This document shows positions 21,300 to 30,341 of a DNA stretch of 64,000 bases, in pieces. How positions within the stretch are numbered: the first letter of the stretch is position 1; every line of letters begins with the position of its first letter. A program made the position numbers and the translations under genes. The notes under the pieces are model-generated. The model made no database searches, was not told the DNA's origin, and saw nothing but the letters and a program-made list of their open reading frames with translations. Origin of the DNA: Chloroflexota bacterium (GTDB lineage: Bacteria > Chloroflexota > UBA11872 > VXOZ01). The stretch lies in NCBI GenBank assembly GCA_963662335.2, contig CAXXVD010000005.1:480001-544000 (forward strand), given 5' to 3'.

Positions 21300-22913
21300 C
21301 TAACTCGCCGCGTCGCCGGCGGCGGGTTCAGCCTGCGGCGCATCGGGCGCATCGGTCTCCGCCATGCCGCTCTCCTGCATCAAGGCGCTGAACGGATGGA
21401 GTTTGTGCAGGCAGTTGTTGCCGGTATCCGCCACGTACACGTGGTCCCGCTCGTCTACCGCAAGCCCGCAGGGATCCTCGAACTGTGCCCGCTGGCCCGC
21501 AACCAGCGTGCCCCATTGGAAGAGCGGTGCACCGGCGGCGGACAACTCCTGAATGCGGTTGTTCCACGTATCCGCCACGTAGATCCGGCCGCGCCGGTCG
21601 AGCGCAATGCCGTTGGGATTGCGGAACTGCCCCGGTTCAGTCCCCTCTTTGCCCCACTGCCGCGCCGGCGCGCCGGCAGCGGAGAGCTTCTGGATGCGGT
21701 GGTTGCCCGAATCGGTCACATAGAGCCAACCTTCGTGGTCCACGGCGATTCCCACCGGCGCGCGGAACTCGCCCGGTCCGTCGCCGTGCGCGCCCCACAC
21801 CGCCAGCAGTTCGCCGTCCTGCGAAAACTTCTGCACGCGGTGATTGCCGGTATCAGCCACGTAGACGTCGCCGTTGGCGTCAACCGTGATCCCGCTGGGC
21901 GTCCGAAACTGCCCAGGCTTGGCCCCCTGTTCGCCCCACTGCGCCAGCGGCTCACCCGTGGCGGAGAGCTTTTGGATGCGGTGATTCAGCGTGTCGGACA
22001 GGTACACGTGGCCATCGGCGTCAACCGTCAGGCCGCGCGGGGAGCGGAACTCGCCGGCCTTCTGCCCCGTCGTCCCCCACTGCGCCAGCGGTTCACCGGC
22101 GGGAGAAAGTTGCTGCACACGGTTGTTGAGCGTATCGACGACGAAAATGCTGCCCTGCGGGTCCAGCGCCAAATCGTGCGGAGAACTGAACTGGCCGGGC
22201 CGCGAGCCGCCCTCGCCCCAAATCGCGATGCTGCGGCGGCGTTGGCCGGACTGGACCCGGCGGTAGAGCCGCGCGGCCCACACCAGCGCTACAGCCAGCG
22301 CCACGAGGGCAACCGGCCACAGCCACAACACGCCCAGCAACAAGGGAAAGTCGTAGAGGGCGTGCAACACCACCGGCGCGAGCCACGCGATGAGCAGCGC
22401 TTTTCTCCGCCGCTCGGCGTTGAACACCGCCTGGGCAATGTAGTAGCCCATGATCGCGCCGATTGCGGCGTGGGCGGGCACCGAGCTAAGCGCGCGCAGC
22501 AACGCCCCCAGCGCGTCGCCTTCCAAAACGTAGGCGATATTTTCCAAGGCGGCAAAGCTCAGCGAAGCCACCACACCGTACACCACACCGTCGAACGGCT
22601 CCGCCAGCCGCTCCCGCCGGCAGGAGTAGTTGGAAAGCACAATGAACTTGAACGACTCCTGGAGGATTGCCGCGCCCAGAAACGCCTGGATCAGCGTAAC
22701 CAGAATGCGGTTGCCAGTGGCGTTGTAAACCAGAGTAAAGATTATCGAAATGGGAAAGGTCAAGATGATGACCGGCAGAATGGCAAGAATGCCGTAGCCA
22801 AAGGTGGCCCAGAGAATCGCGCGCGGCTGGGGAAACCGAGGGTGCGTGTGCAGCAGCCACATGATAGCGAGACCCGGCGCTGCCGCGGCGGTGAACATCA
22901 ATAGTGGTTGCAA
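21300..22913 (-). CDS. PrsW-family intramembrane protease domain fused to six NHL repeats
   Basis: N-half: QESFK, EPFDGVVYG, FAALEN, VPAHA, LHALYD; C-half: six P.G...D..G..YV.DT.N.RIQK repeats. Confidence 0.85.
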   Translation of the reverse strand: MQPLLMFTAAAAPGLAIMWLLHTHPRFPQPRAILWATFGYGILAILPVIILTFPISIIFTLVYNATGNRILVTLIQAFLGAAILQESFKFIVLSNYSCRRERLAEPFDGVVYGVVASLSFAALENIAYVLEGDALGALLRALSSVPAHAAIGAIMGYYIAQAVFNAERRRKALLIAWLAPVVLHALYDFPLLLGVLWLWPVALVALAVALVWAARLYRRVQSGQRRRSIAIWGEGGSRPGQFSSPHDLALDPQGSIFVVDTLNNRVQQLSPAGEPLAQWGTTGQKAGEFRSPRGLTVDADGHVYLSDTLNHRIQKLSATGEPLAQWGEQGAKPGQFRTPSGITVDANGDVYVADTGNHRVQKFSQDGELLAVWGAHGDGPGEFRAPVGIAVDHEGWLYVTDSGNHRIQKLSAAGAPARQWGKEGTEPGQFRNPNGIALDRRGRIYVADTWNNRIQELSAAGAPLFQWGTLVAGQRAQFEDPCGLAVDERDHVYVADTGNNCLHKLHPFSALMQESGMAETDAPDAPQAEPAAGDAAS

Positions 22914-22953
22914 TACGGCCTCCCGAAATCTTGCCGCCGCAATACGCGAATCA

Positions 22954-25314
22954 TCAGGCTTGCACTTCTATCCAGACGGGACTCGACCACGCCCGCGGGC
23001 CCCAGGCGGGCGCGACGTTCGATAGATGATTGCGCCAAGCCATGGATTGCTCCACCCACAGGTAGTAGAAATGCGGCCCAGGCGCGGCGTCTTCGTCCGT
23101 ATATCCGCCGGCAGCCTGCGCCTCATCCGCCTGCCAGGTTTTGATCGCTTTGCCGTCCCGCAGGAGAACCACCGTTGCCGGCGCGTCCGTAAGCTGCGCC
23201 TGCCAGCGGACATCCGGCGCGGATTCGGTCCTGCCCGCGCCGCCCATGAAGACGTCAGACACCCACAGTTGCAAGGCGATGCGAGAGCCGTCAGTGGCAA
23301 AGCAGCGGTGTTGGCGCAGGGCATCCAGAATGGCGGGGCGCGTCAACTCCTCCGCGTAGATACCGGTCAGCCCGCCGCCGGTTCCCGCCGTGCGCCGGTG
23401 GCCGTCGCTGCAGCCGATGAAGCCGAGCCTGCGCCCGCTCAGCAGCGTCTGGTGAATCTTCTCCCGGTACGCCGGATCTAGCATGTGCACCCGCCAGCCG
23501 GAGCAGACCTCCATGTTCGTTTCGGTCCACGAGTCCGACAGGAACTCCCAGTGTTCGTGGTGGGGGTGCAGGATCGCGCCGTGCTCTTCCGCATGAGCCG
23601 CCAGCGCCGCCAGCGGTTCCCCTTCCACCTCGGTATAGCGCAGGAGCGGCAGGTCTTCTTCGCCCGCAATCACCGTGCGGTGGTTGGAGGTTCGTCTGCC
23701 CGTAGCGCGGCTCATCTGCGACCACTCGAACGCCGGCAGCAGCACCAGGTCGTCCAGGTGGCCGAAGTGGCGGGCAAAATGGTAGTCCAGGTCGTATTCC
23801 GATGACGTGAGGCTAAGCAGGTGCTTGTCATTGTCGGAGATCGCCATGCAGTCCAGATGCGCCAGGTCGCGGGCGTAGGCGATAAGCTCGTCCACGTAGC
23901 CTTCCGCGTCGGCGGAATGGGTTGAGTGCACGTGCAGGTCGGCCCAGTAGAGGGAAAGTTCCGTTTCCCGTGCTTCCTCCGCTGCCGCATCATCCTCGCT
24001 ATCGAGGATGCGCGCGCTTGGCCTGGGCTCGAGTTGCGGCTCATCCACCGTCACCGGCCGCCAGCCGTACCACGCGCCTTCATCATGAAAGACCGGCGCT
24101 TCAGCCGGGTCATAGACGGCCAGGCACACGTCTTCCACCGAGACCTCCGGCGCCACCCGCGCCGTCAGCCACAGGTCTGCGCGCCCGCCGGCCTCAGCAA
24201 CCGGCGTGTAGTAGCGCGGGCCGCTCGCGATGGCGCGAATTTCGCGCGCCACCGGCGCTGGCTGGGCCGCCGAGCATTCAATGTGGCGCCCGCAGAGCAC
24301 GCCGCCGGTTGTGGTGGTGCTGCCGTTCGGCAGTTGCTTCCGTTCCCAGAGCAGGCGGACGCCGCCGTCCGGGTGCGCGACGAGCAGCGGTTTGCGCCGC
24401 CGGCCGAGATACCCCCACACGCCGAGACCCTGCCACTCCAACATGCCCCAGGCCAGCACGCCGAGGTCCGGCGAGCCGCCGGTATCATGCACCGGTTCCC
24501 AGCGCCCGCGCGCGCGCCGCGCCACCCGGGCCACGGGCCATTGGTCGAGCACGTTGGCGTCGCTGACCACCTCTTGCCGGCAGAGCCACGCAAGCCAGGG
24601 CTCGCCGTTGGCATCGAGGGTGAGCGAGGGCGCGAGTTGCCAGGCATCCGCCGTCACCATGGGCGTGGCCGCGGCGCGCTCGCTGACGACCTCGCGCATA
24701 GTCACCGCACCGTCATGCGCCACGAAGGCCGCGTGGATCGCGAACGTCCTGCCGTCATATGCGTCCCAGACTACCCAGCAGCCGTCCGCCGCCACCGCCA
24801 CTTCCGGCCGCTGCACCCAGCCGGGCGCGGCGGTCACGTCCACCGGCGCCGACCAGCCCGCGCCGCCGTTCACGGCAAGCCGGATGACGTACGCGCCCGG
24901 TGAAGCCGCCTCACACCAGACCGCCGCCATGCGTCCATCAGCAGAATCGGCGTGCAGGGAGACCACGAAACCCGCGCTCCCCAGCGGCTGCGGCGGCTCC
25001 CAGCCGGATTCAGAACGCGCGGAACCAACAACGGCATACGATTGGTCGGCGTCCCGGCTGATCCACACGCACTGCGGCGCGTCTTGCACCACGCCGACGT
25101 GCGGCGAGTGGTTTCTGCCGCCCGCAGGCGTGAGCGTCTCTATTGGCGTCAGCGCGTCGCCGTGCAGCGCCCGGGCATAGATCCGTTCTTCATCCTGCCG
25201 GTATCCCTGCCAGACGGCCCAGGTCGTTTCGCCGCTCTGCACCGCATGAGGCGTATGGCACTCGATGCTATCCAACTCGGCCGATAGCACCGCGTGTTGC
25301 GTAGGCTTCGTCAT
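22954..25314 (-). CDS. PHP-like metallohydrolase (DUF3604/CehA-McbA-like) with N-terminal beta-rich region
   Basis: LYWADLHVHSTHSADA, ISDND, FEWS, NHR, HPHH, LGFIGCSDGH, GGLTG, AWSSPVW. Confidence 0.7.
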   Translation of the reverse strand: MTKPTQHAVLSAELDSIECHTPHAVQSGETTWAVWQGYRQDEERIYARALHGDALTPIETLTPAGGRNHSPHVGVVQDAPQCVWISRDADQSYAVVGSARSESGWEPPQPLGSAGFVVSLHADSADGRMAAVWCEAASPGAYVIRLAVNGGAGWSAPVDVTAAPGWVQRPEVAVAADGCWVVWDAYDGRTFAIHAAFVAHDGAVTMREVVSERAAATPMVTADAWQLAPSLTLDANGEPWLAWLCRQEVVSDANVLDQWPVARVARRARGRWEPVHDTGGSPDLGVLAWGMLEWQGLGVWGYLGRRRKPLLVAHPDGGVRLLWERKQLPNGSTTTTGGVLCGRHIECSAAQPAPVAREIRAIASGPRYYTPVAEAGGRADLWLTARVAPEVSVEDVCLAVYDPAEAPVFHDEGAWYGWRPVTVDEPQLEPRPSARILDSEDDAAAEEARETELSLYWADLHVHSTHSADAEGYVDELIAYARDLAHLDCMAISDNDKHLLSLTSSEYDLDYHFARHFGHLDDLVLLPAFEWSQMSRATGRRTSNHRTVIAGEEDLPLLRYTEVEGEPLAALAAHAEEHGAILHPHHEHWEFLSDSWTETNMEVCSGWRVHMLDPAYREKIHQTLLSGRRLGFIGCSDGHRRTAGTGGGLTGIYAEELTRPAILDALRQHRCFATDGSRIALQLWVSDVFMGGAGRTESAPDVRWQAQLTDAPATVVLLRDGKAIKTWQADEAQAAGGYTDEDAAPGPHFYYLWVEQSMAWRNHLSNVAPAWGPRAWSSPVWIEVQA

Positions 25315-25429
25315 GCTCTCATCCTATCCACGGCCTTCACTTCAGGTAGGCGCTTGACATGAACCGTCACTCTCGTTGCGTATGACTCTGGAAACCGAAC
25401 CAATACGCTCCGTTTGCTTCATCGCTCCG

Positions 25430-25456
25430 CGCTTCGACAGGCTCAGCGCGAACGGA
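25430..25456. repeat. Family A single arm
   Basis: GCTTCGACAGGCTCAGCGCGAACGG. Confidence 0.7.
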
Positions 25457-25516
25457 GTGTGTTGGCGCTCGTCATTGAGGCGCTTTCGGTTAGTAGGCTT
25501 GCAGCCGCGACCGCCG

Positions 25517-27103
25517 TTACGCCTGGCCAAGGTCCTTGAGGATTTCGTGCGCCGCGTTGTGCCCCGGCACGCCGCTAATCTCGCCGCCCGGATGCTGGCC
25601 CGCGCCGCAGAGGTAGAGGCCGGGCAGCGGCGCCCGGTAGTGGGAAATCTCAGGCAGCGGCCGGTTCCACACCAGATGCTCGCCGGTATGCTGGACGTGC
25701 CAAATGCAACCGTCGGTCAAGCCGTTCTCGCGTTCCAGGTCGAGCGGCGTGCGCAGCTTGTAGTCACGGAGCGACCGCCGGAAGTTCGGCGCATATTCCG
25801 TGATCTGGTCGATGAGTCCTTCCGCCACCTGCTCGCGCGCTTCATCCCACGTTGTGCCCTGCAGTTTCGCCGGAGCCGGATAGATCCAAATCGACGCCGT
25901 GTGGTATCCCGGTTGGGTCAGGCTCTCGTCGACCGCCGATGGAATCGAGTAGCTGATCAATGGCCGCCGCGGCGGGCGTCCGGCCTCCAGGTCATCGTAA
26001 TTGGCGCACATCTTGGCGCGATCGAGACTTATCACCACGGCCCCCTTGCTAGGCAATTCAGGATCGCCGTCCCAGGCGGTCCATTGCGGCAACTCGGAAA
26101 TCACCGCAAGGAACTTGTAGCAACTGACGTGGGTGATCATGCCCTGGATGCGCTTGCGAAAGCCGCTATCCAGGTGCGCCGCGGACATGAGACGCAAGAA
26201 CGTCCCCTTGGGGTCAAGGTTAGAGGCCACCACCCGGCTACGCACTTCTTCACCACCGTTCAGCCGAATACCGACGACCTCTCCACCTTCCACCAAGAAC
26301 TCCTCGACCTCGTGGTCGGTGTGGACTGTCACCCCCGCCTCTTCGGCGGACTCTCGAAACAGGCGGCTGATCACACCAACTCCACCGCGCACGTAGCCGT
26401 TCGGCGGCTTGATGCCCGTCTCCTCGTCAACCGCGTTCAAGGAAGCGTAAGCGAACTGAAAAGCAAATGGATTTCTGCCGATAGCGCCCGCCTCGTAGGC
26501 CAAGCGGTCCTTGAGTTTCCCATCCGGCAGCAATTCGTCCTGGAGAGCGTATATTCGGGTCGTCAATGCTTTTTCAAGCACGTCGGCCGCGGGAGTGCCG
26601 GCAATTGTAGCGCGCACTTCATCGAGTGAGGGCGGCGGCTGCAACCGATAGGGCGAAATAGCGCGGTGCAAAGTGTTCTTGAAATCCCCGTAGCGGCGTT
26701 GTCCTTCTTGCTCTTCCCGCGTCAGGTGAAGGGCGCAATTGCGGGGTGAATCATGCGTCTTCGGCCCAAAATACGTCCCGTCGGGCATTAGCTGGATACC
26801 CTGGCGCGGGATGACCTCCATGCCGCGTTCGAGCAGTTGAAAGTCGCGGTAGATCTTGGGCTGGATGCCGTGCACCATGTGGGCGCAGGTGGAAAACTTG
26901 AAGCCCGGCCACAGTTCTTCGGTAATCGCCGCGCCGCCGGTGAACGAACGCCGCTCGAACACGTGCACGCTGAGACCCGCGCGCGCCAGGTACGTCGCGG
27001 CCACCAGGCCGTTGTGCCCGCCGCCGACTACGGCTACGTCAATGTCACCTGCCACGGATTGCTCCTCTATCTCTCGGCGCACGTTCAAACGAGTGCGCTT
27101 CAT
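25517..27103 (-). CDS. FAD-dependent oxidoreductase, phytoene dehydrogenase-like
   Basis: VVGGGHNGLVAATYLARAG, GGAAITEE..PGF, TPLDLER, YRAPLPGLYLCGAGQHPGG. Confidence 0.88.
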   Translation of the reverse strand: MKRTRLNVRREIEEQSVAGDIDVAVVGGGHNGLVAATYLARAGLSVHVFERRSFTGGAAITEELWPGFKFSTCAHMVHGIQPKIYRDFQLLERGMEVIPRQGIQLMPDGTYFGPKTHDSPRNCALHLTREEQEGQRRYGDFKNTLHRAISPYRLQPPPSLDEVRATIAGTPAADVLEKALTTRIYALQDELLPDGKLKDRLAYEAGAIGRNPFAFQFAYASLNAVDEETGIKPPNGYVRGGVGVISRLFRESAEEAGVTVHTDHEVEEFLVEGGEVVGIRLNGGEEVRSRVVASNLDPKGTFLRLMSAAHLDSGFRKRIQGMITHVSCYKFLAVISELPQWTAWDGDPELPSKGAVVISLDRAKMCANYDDLEAGRPPRRPLISYSIPSAVDESLTQPGYHTASIWIYPAPAKLQGTTWDEAREQVAEGLIDQITEYAPNFRRSLRDYKLRTPLDLERENGLTDGCIWHVQHTGEHLVWNRPLPEISHYRAPLPGLYLCGAGQHPGGEISGVPGHNAAHEILKDLGQA

Positions 27104-27137
27104 ACACCGTCATTGCTTTGAAAATGGCGAAACCGAG

Positions 27138-27240
27138 CCATTCGCCCTGAGCATCGTCGAAGGGTGAACGACGTGTCACGTGAACAACCGCTCCCAACTC
27201 TCTCCCCTCCGTTCATGCTTCGACGCGCTCAGCACGAACG
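27138..27240. repeat. Family A element (two inverted arms)
   Basis: CCATTCGCCCTGAGCATCGTCGAAGGGTGAACG ... CCGTTCATGCTTCGACGCGCTCAGCACGAACG. Confidence 0.8.
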
Positions 27241-27312
27241 AAGAGGGAGAATCGCATTCATTCCCTTGCGCGGCCTGCAGACGGTCATGACGATTGCCGT
27301 GATCCCGGCAAT

Positions 27313-27369
27313 GTCAACTCCGTCCTCCCCGGTCAACTCCGTCCTCCCCGGTCAACTCCGTCCTTCCCG
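27313..27369. repeat. Three-copy 19-bp tandem repeat (GTCAACTCCGTCCTCCCCG)
   Basis: Copies at 27313, 27332 and 27351; one mismatch in the third. Confidence 0.9.
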
Positions 27370-27434
27370 ATTTCGCGGGAAGAACAGTCAGAGAACTATC
27401 TCTCATTCCGAACGGACAGCAGCGCCTAGCCCGC

Positions 27435-27537
27435 TGTCATTCCGAACGGAGCGCAGCGCAGTGAGGAATCTCGTGTGCCACGCACACCAATCTCGCGCGG
27501 CGCCGGCCCTAGATTCCTCGCTGCGCTCGGAATGACA
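27435..27537. repeat. Family B inverted repeat
   Basis: Same arms as 13032-13130. Confidence 0.85.
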
Positions 27538-27619
27538 CTCACCGTCCCGCCTAAGCCAACAGGCGGTGTCCACGCTGCCTGCCGCGCGAAACGGCCCGGC
27601 GCATGAGCGGTTCGAGAGC

Positions 27620-29041
27620 CTAGATGCCAAGCTCCTTACGCCAGTCCTCGGCGATTATGTTCATTTGCTCTTCAGCCGTGGCCAGCGCTTCCTGAATGCC
27701 CACCTCGCCGTTCCAGATCGAGCCGACCCAGCCGCCCGTCAGCACTTGCTGACGCATTTGGTCGGAACCGGGCACGCCAAAGCCCAGAGTCGAGGTGCGG
27801 TACTGCATGTTCTCGGACATGTGGAGCACGAACGGGTCGTTCTCGTGGAACTCCTCGGAGAGCGTCGCCGACTTGCGCACCGGCACCCGGTCGAAGGTTT
27901 TGGTGAACGCCAGCGTGTTCTCCGGCCGCGCCAGATACTCCAGCCACGCGAACGACTCTTCCGCCGCTTCCGTCCAGCCGGAGACCATGTGGATCCACGA
28001 GCCGCCCAGGCTCACCTGGCGGACGGCATTGGCCGGCAGCGGGAAGCCCGTGTAGCCAAATTCGTAATCCGGGTCGATCGGGCGTATCTGCTGCTTGCGC
28101 TCGGCGTACGTCATGTAGATGCTGGCGCACTTGGCGTTGATGAGCGCCGCGCCCCGGTCTCTGCCGGAAGGCCGCGCTGATTCCTGGAACTCCTTGATGG
28201 CGGCAAAGCCGTCCTGCAGGTCCCACAGCCGCTTGACGAACGTAAAGGCCTCGATGCCCTCAGGCGTATTGAAGGTCATCTTGGTGCGGTCTTCGTTGGT
28301 GCGGCTGCCGCCAAGCTGCAGCAGGGGCAGCATGAAGAGCCACGTGCCGTTGGAGCCCCAGTCCGGCGGAAAGCCCGCGACCGTCAGTTTGCCCGCGGCG
28401 TCCTTCTGCGTGGTCTTCTGGATGGCCTCCTCGAAATCGTCCCACGTCTGCGGCCCCACCGCCGGGTCCAGGCCGCCCTTGATGTAGAGATCGATGTTCA
28501 TGTAGAGCACGCGCATGTCGGGGCCGTAGGGCATGCCGAACACGCGGCCGTCGCGCCACACCACCGGCTCCATCAGGCCTTCCCAGACGTCGTTCATGTC
28601 GAGGCCCGTGAGTTTGATGTAGTCGTTCAGGGCGAGAATCGTGCCCTGCAAGCCCCGGTCGACGGGCGTGCCCTCGCCGCCGGTCACCACGTCGTACGGG
28701 ATGTTGCCGGCGGCCGCGGCCGCGAAGGCCTCGTTGCGGTTGCCCGTGTACGGCTCTACCAACAGGTTGATGTTGGGGAACTCCTCGCCAAAGGCCATGA
28801 CGAGGCCGTTCGACACGTGCCCTTCCTCATGGAACTTGAACGCGGGATTGGGCACGAAGACGACGTCCACCGGTTCCGCCGGCGCCGGCGCGGCTTCAGC
28901 CTTCTGCTCCGCGGGTTTCTCGGCCTCCATCTCCGGCTGAGCCGGCGCTACACCGCACGCGGCCAGAGCGGCCACCATCGGCACGCTGCTCGCGCCAATG
29001 AGCATCTTCCGCCGGGTAAGCGTTGCTACTTGCTTGGACAT
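27620..29041 (-). CDS. Orphan carbohydrate-type ABC extracellular solute-binding lipoprotein (Tat)
   Basis: TRRKMLIG twin-arginine signal, LAACG lipobox, Glu/Ala/Pro linker, GRVFGMP...D...LYMN, PQTWDD, LGGSW. Confidence 0.85.
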   Translation of the reverse strand: MSKQVATLTRRKMLIGASSVPMVAALAACGVAPAQPEMEAEKPAEQKAEAAPAPAEPVDVVFVPNPAFKFHEEGHVSNGLVMAFGEEFPNINLLVEPYTGNRNEAFAAAAAGNIPYDVVTGGEGTPVDRGLQGTILALNDYIKLTGLDMNDVWEGLMEPVVWRDGRVFGMPYGPDMRVLYMNIDLYIKGGLDPAVGPQTWDDFEEAIQKTTQKDAAGKLTVAGFPPDWGSNGTWLFMLPLLQLGGSRTNEDRTKMTFNTPEGIEAFTFVKRLWDLQDGFAAIKEFQESARPSGRDRGAALINAKCASIYMTYAERKQQIRPIDPDYEFGYTGFPLPANAVRQVSLGGSWIHMVSGWTEAAEESFAWLEYLARPENTLAFTKTFDRVPVRKSATLSEEFHENDPFVLHMSENMQYRTSTLGFGVPGSDQMRQQVLTGGWVGSIWNGEVGIQEALATAEEQMNIIAEDWRKELGI

Positions 29042-29228
29042 GGTTCGTCTCCTCCCACTTCTTGCGCTCTTGCTACATCACACACGGTCCTCGACGCGCG
29101 CGCCTCCTTTCGTACGGACTGTCAACCGCGAGACACCGACGCGGCAGATTCCGCTTGCCTGAGAGTATACCACGCTCCGCGTCTTGCAAATCAGGCAGCC
29201 CCCAATGGGTCCGAAACTCACACCAAGC

Positions 29229-30077
29229 CTATTCCTTGCGCCCCGCGCCGATCACCGCCGCCATTGGCAGGCGAATGCGGCCGGCTTTGGCAAAAGCCGT
29301 CACGCCGCTTAGCACCGCTTCACGTATCGCGGCCTGCGCCGCCGGCGTTTGGGCCTGCAAGAGCGCGCCGGTGCGCACCGCGCCGTGGTAGAACGTCTCG
29401 TAAAGGGTATCCGCCTGCGGCAACTCCCACGCGACCCGCGCTTGCTCCACCGTTGGGGCGCTGAAACCCGCCCCGGCGAGGGCGCGCTCGCACTCAGCCG
29501 GCTCGCTGAAGCGGAAGAAAGGCGGGCCGTCCGGCAGCGCCACGTCCATGACGCCGTGCTCCGCGATGGCGTCGAGCATGAGCTTGAAGCCCAGGCACGA
29601 ATCCGGGGCCGCCCACACGCTAAAGGCAACCCGGCCGCCCGGCCGCAGCACCCGGTATGCCTCCGCCAGCGCCTGCTCCGGCCGCGCCAGGTGCAGCAAG
29701 CCAAAATTCATGACCACCGCGTCGAAGTCGGCATTGGGAAACGGCAATTCCTCGGCGCTGCCGACGTGGAACGCAAGCGCGGGATACCGCCGCCGCGCCA
29801 CCGCTACCGCCGCCTCCGCAAAGTCAACGCCCACGGCGGTGGCGCCTCGTTCCGCCGCGGCCGCCGCCGCATAGCCGGGCCCGCTCGCCACGTCCAGCAC
29901 GCGCGACCCCGCCGCCGCACCGGCGGCGTCAAGCAAAGGCGGAATGAAGCGCGTGGTCAGCGCCGCGAAATAGCGGTCATAGTCGTCTGCCACGCGCTCC
30001 CATCCCGCTCTCTCGAATTCATGGAACGCCTGCGCGTCAACACGCGCGCTCGGTTCTGCTTGGCCAGGCCCTGACAT
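29229..30077 (-). CDS. Class I SAM-dependent methyltransferase (UbiE-like)
   Basis: VLDVASGPG, GVDF, AEELPF, FDAV, RVLRPGGR; GAAGGAG RBS upstream of MSGPG. Confidence 0.85.
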   Translation of the reverse strand: MSGPGQAEPSARVDAQAFHEFERAGWERVADDYDRYFAALTTRFIPPLLDAAGAAAGSRVLDVASGPGYAAAAAAERGATAVGVDFAEAAVAVARRRYPALAFHVGSAEELPFPNADFDAVVMNFGLLHLARPEQALAEAYRVLRPGGRVAFSVWAAPDSCLGFKLMLDAIAEHGVMDVALPDGPPFFRFSEPAECERALAGAGFSAPTVEQARVAWELPQADTLYETFYHGAVRTGALLQAQTPAAQAAIREAVLSGVTAFAKAGRIRLPMAAVIGAGRKE

Positions 30078-30341
30078 GCCCATCTCCTTCCGCAGGCTGC
30101 AAATTCCCACACCATTGTAATGCGGCAACCGGCAAAATACCCGTCTGGCGTCCAGGGGCCGCCGCAGCCTGCAAACGCGCTCCGGCGCGGCGTGTACGCC
30201 CCGTGCCAAAGGATGCTATAGTATGGAATGAACCTACGCGCAGAGTGTGCGGGTTGGCGCGCCCCGCCCCTTACGCGAGCGGGACTTGCCCCCGTGTCGG
30301 CGCGCGTGAAATTCAACCGGCAAAGGGATAGGCGACTGCGC

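Noticed and set aside
25517-27103. Carotenoid biosynthesis gene crtI
   Set aside because: Only generic phytoene-dehydrogenase-family motifs are present, with no crtB/crtE context.
30084-30341. Possible riboswitch upstream of the methylamine operon
   Set aside because: No recognisable aptamer consensus by eye; only an extended -10-like TGCTATAGT. An Rfam scan would be needed.
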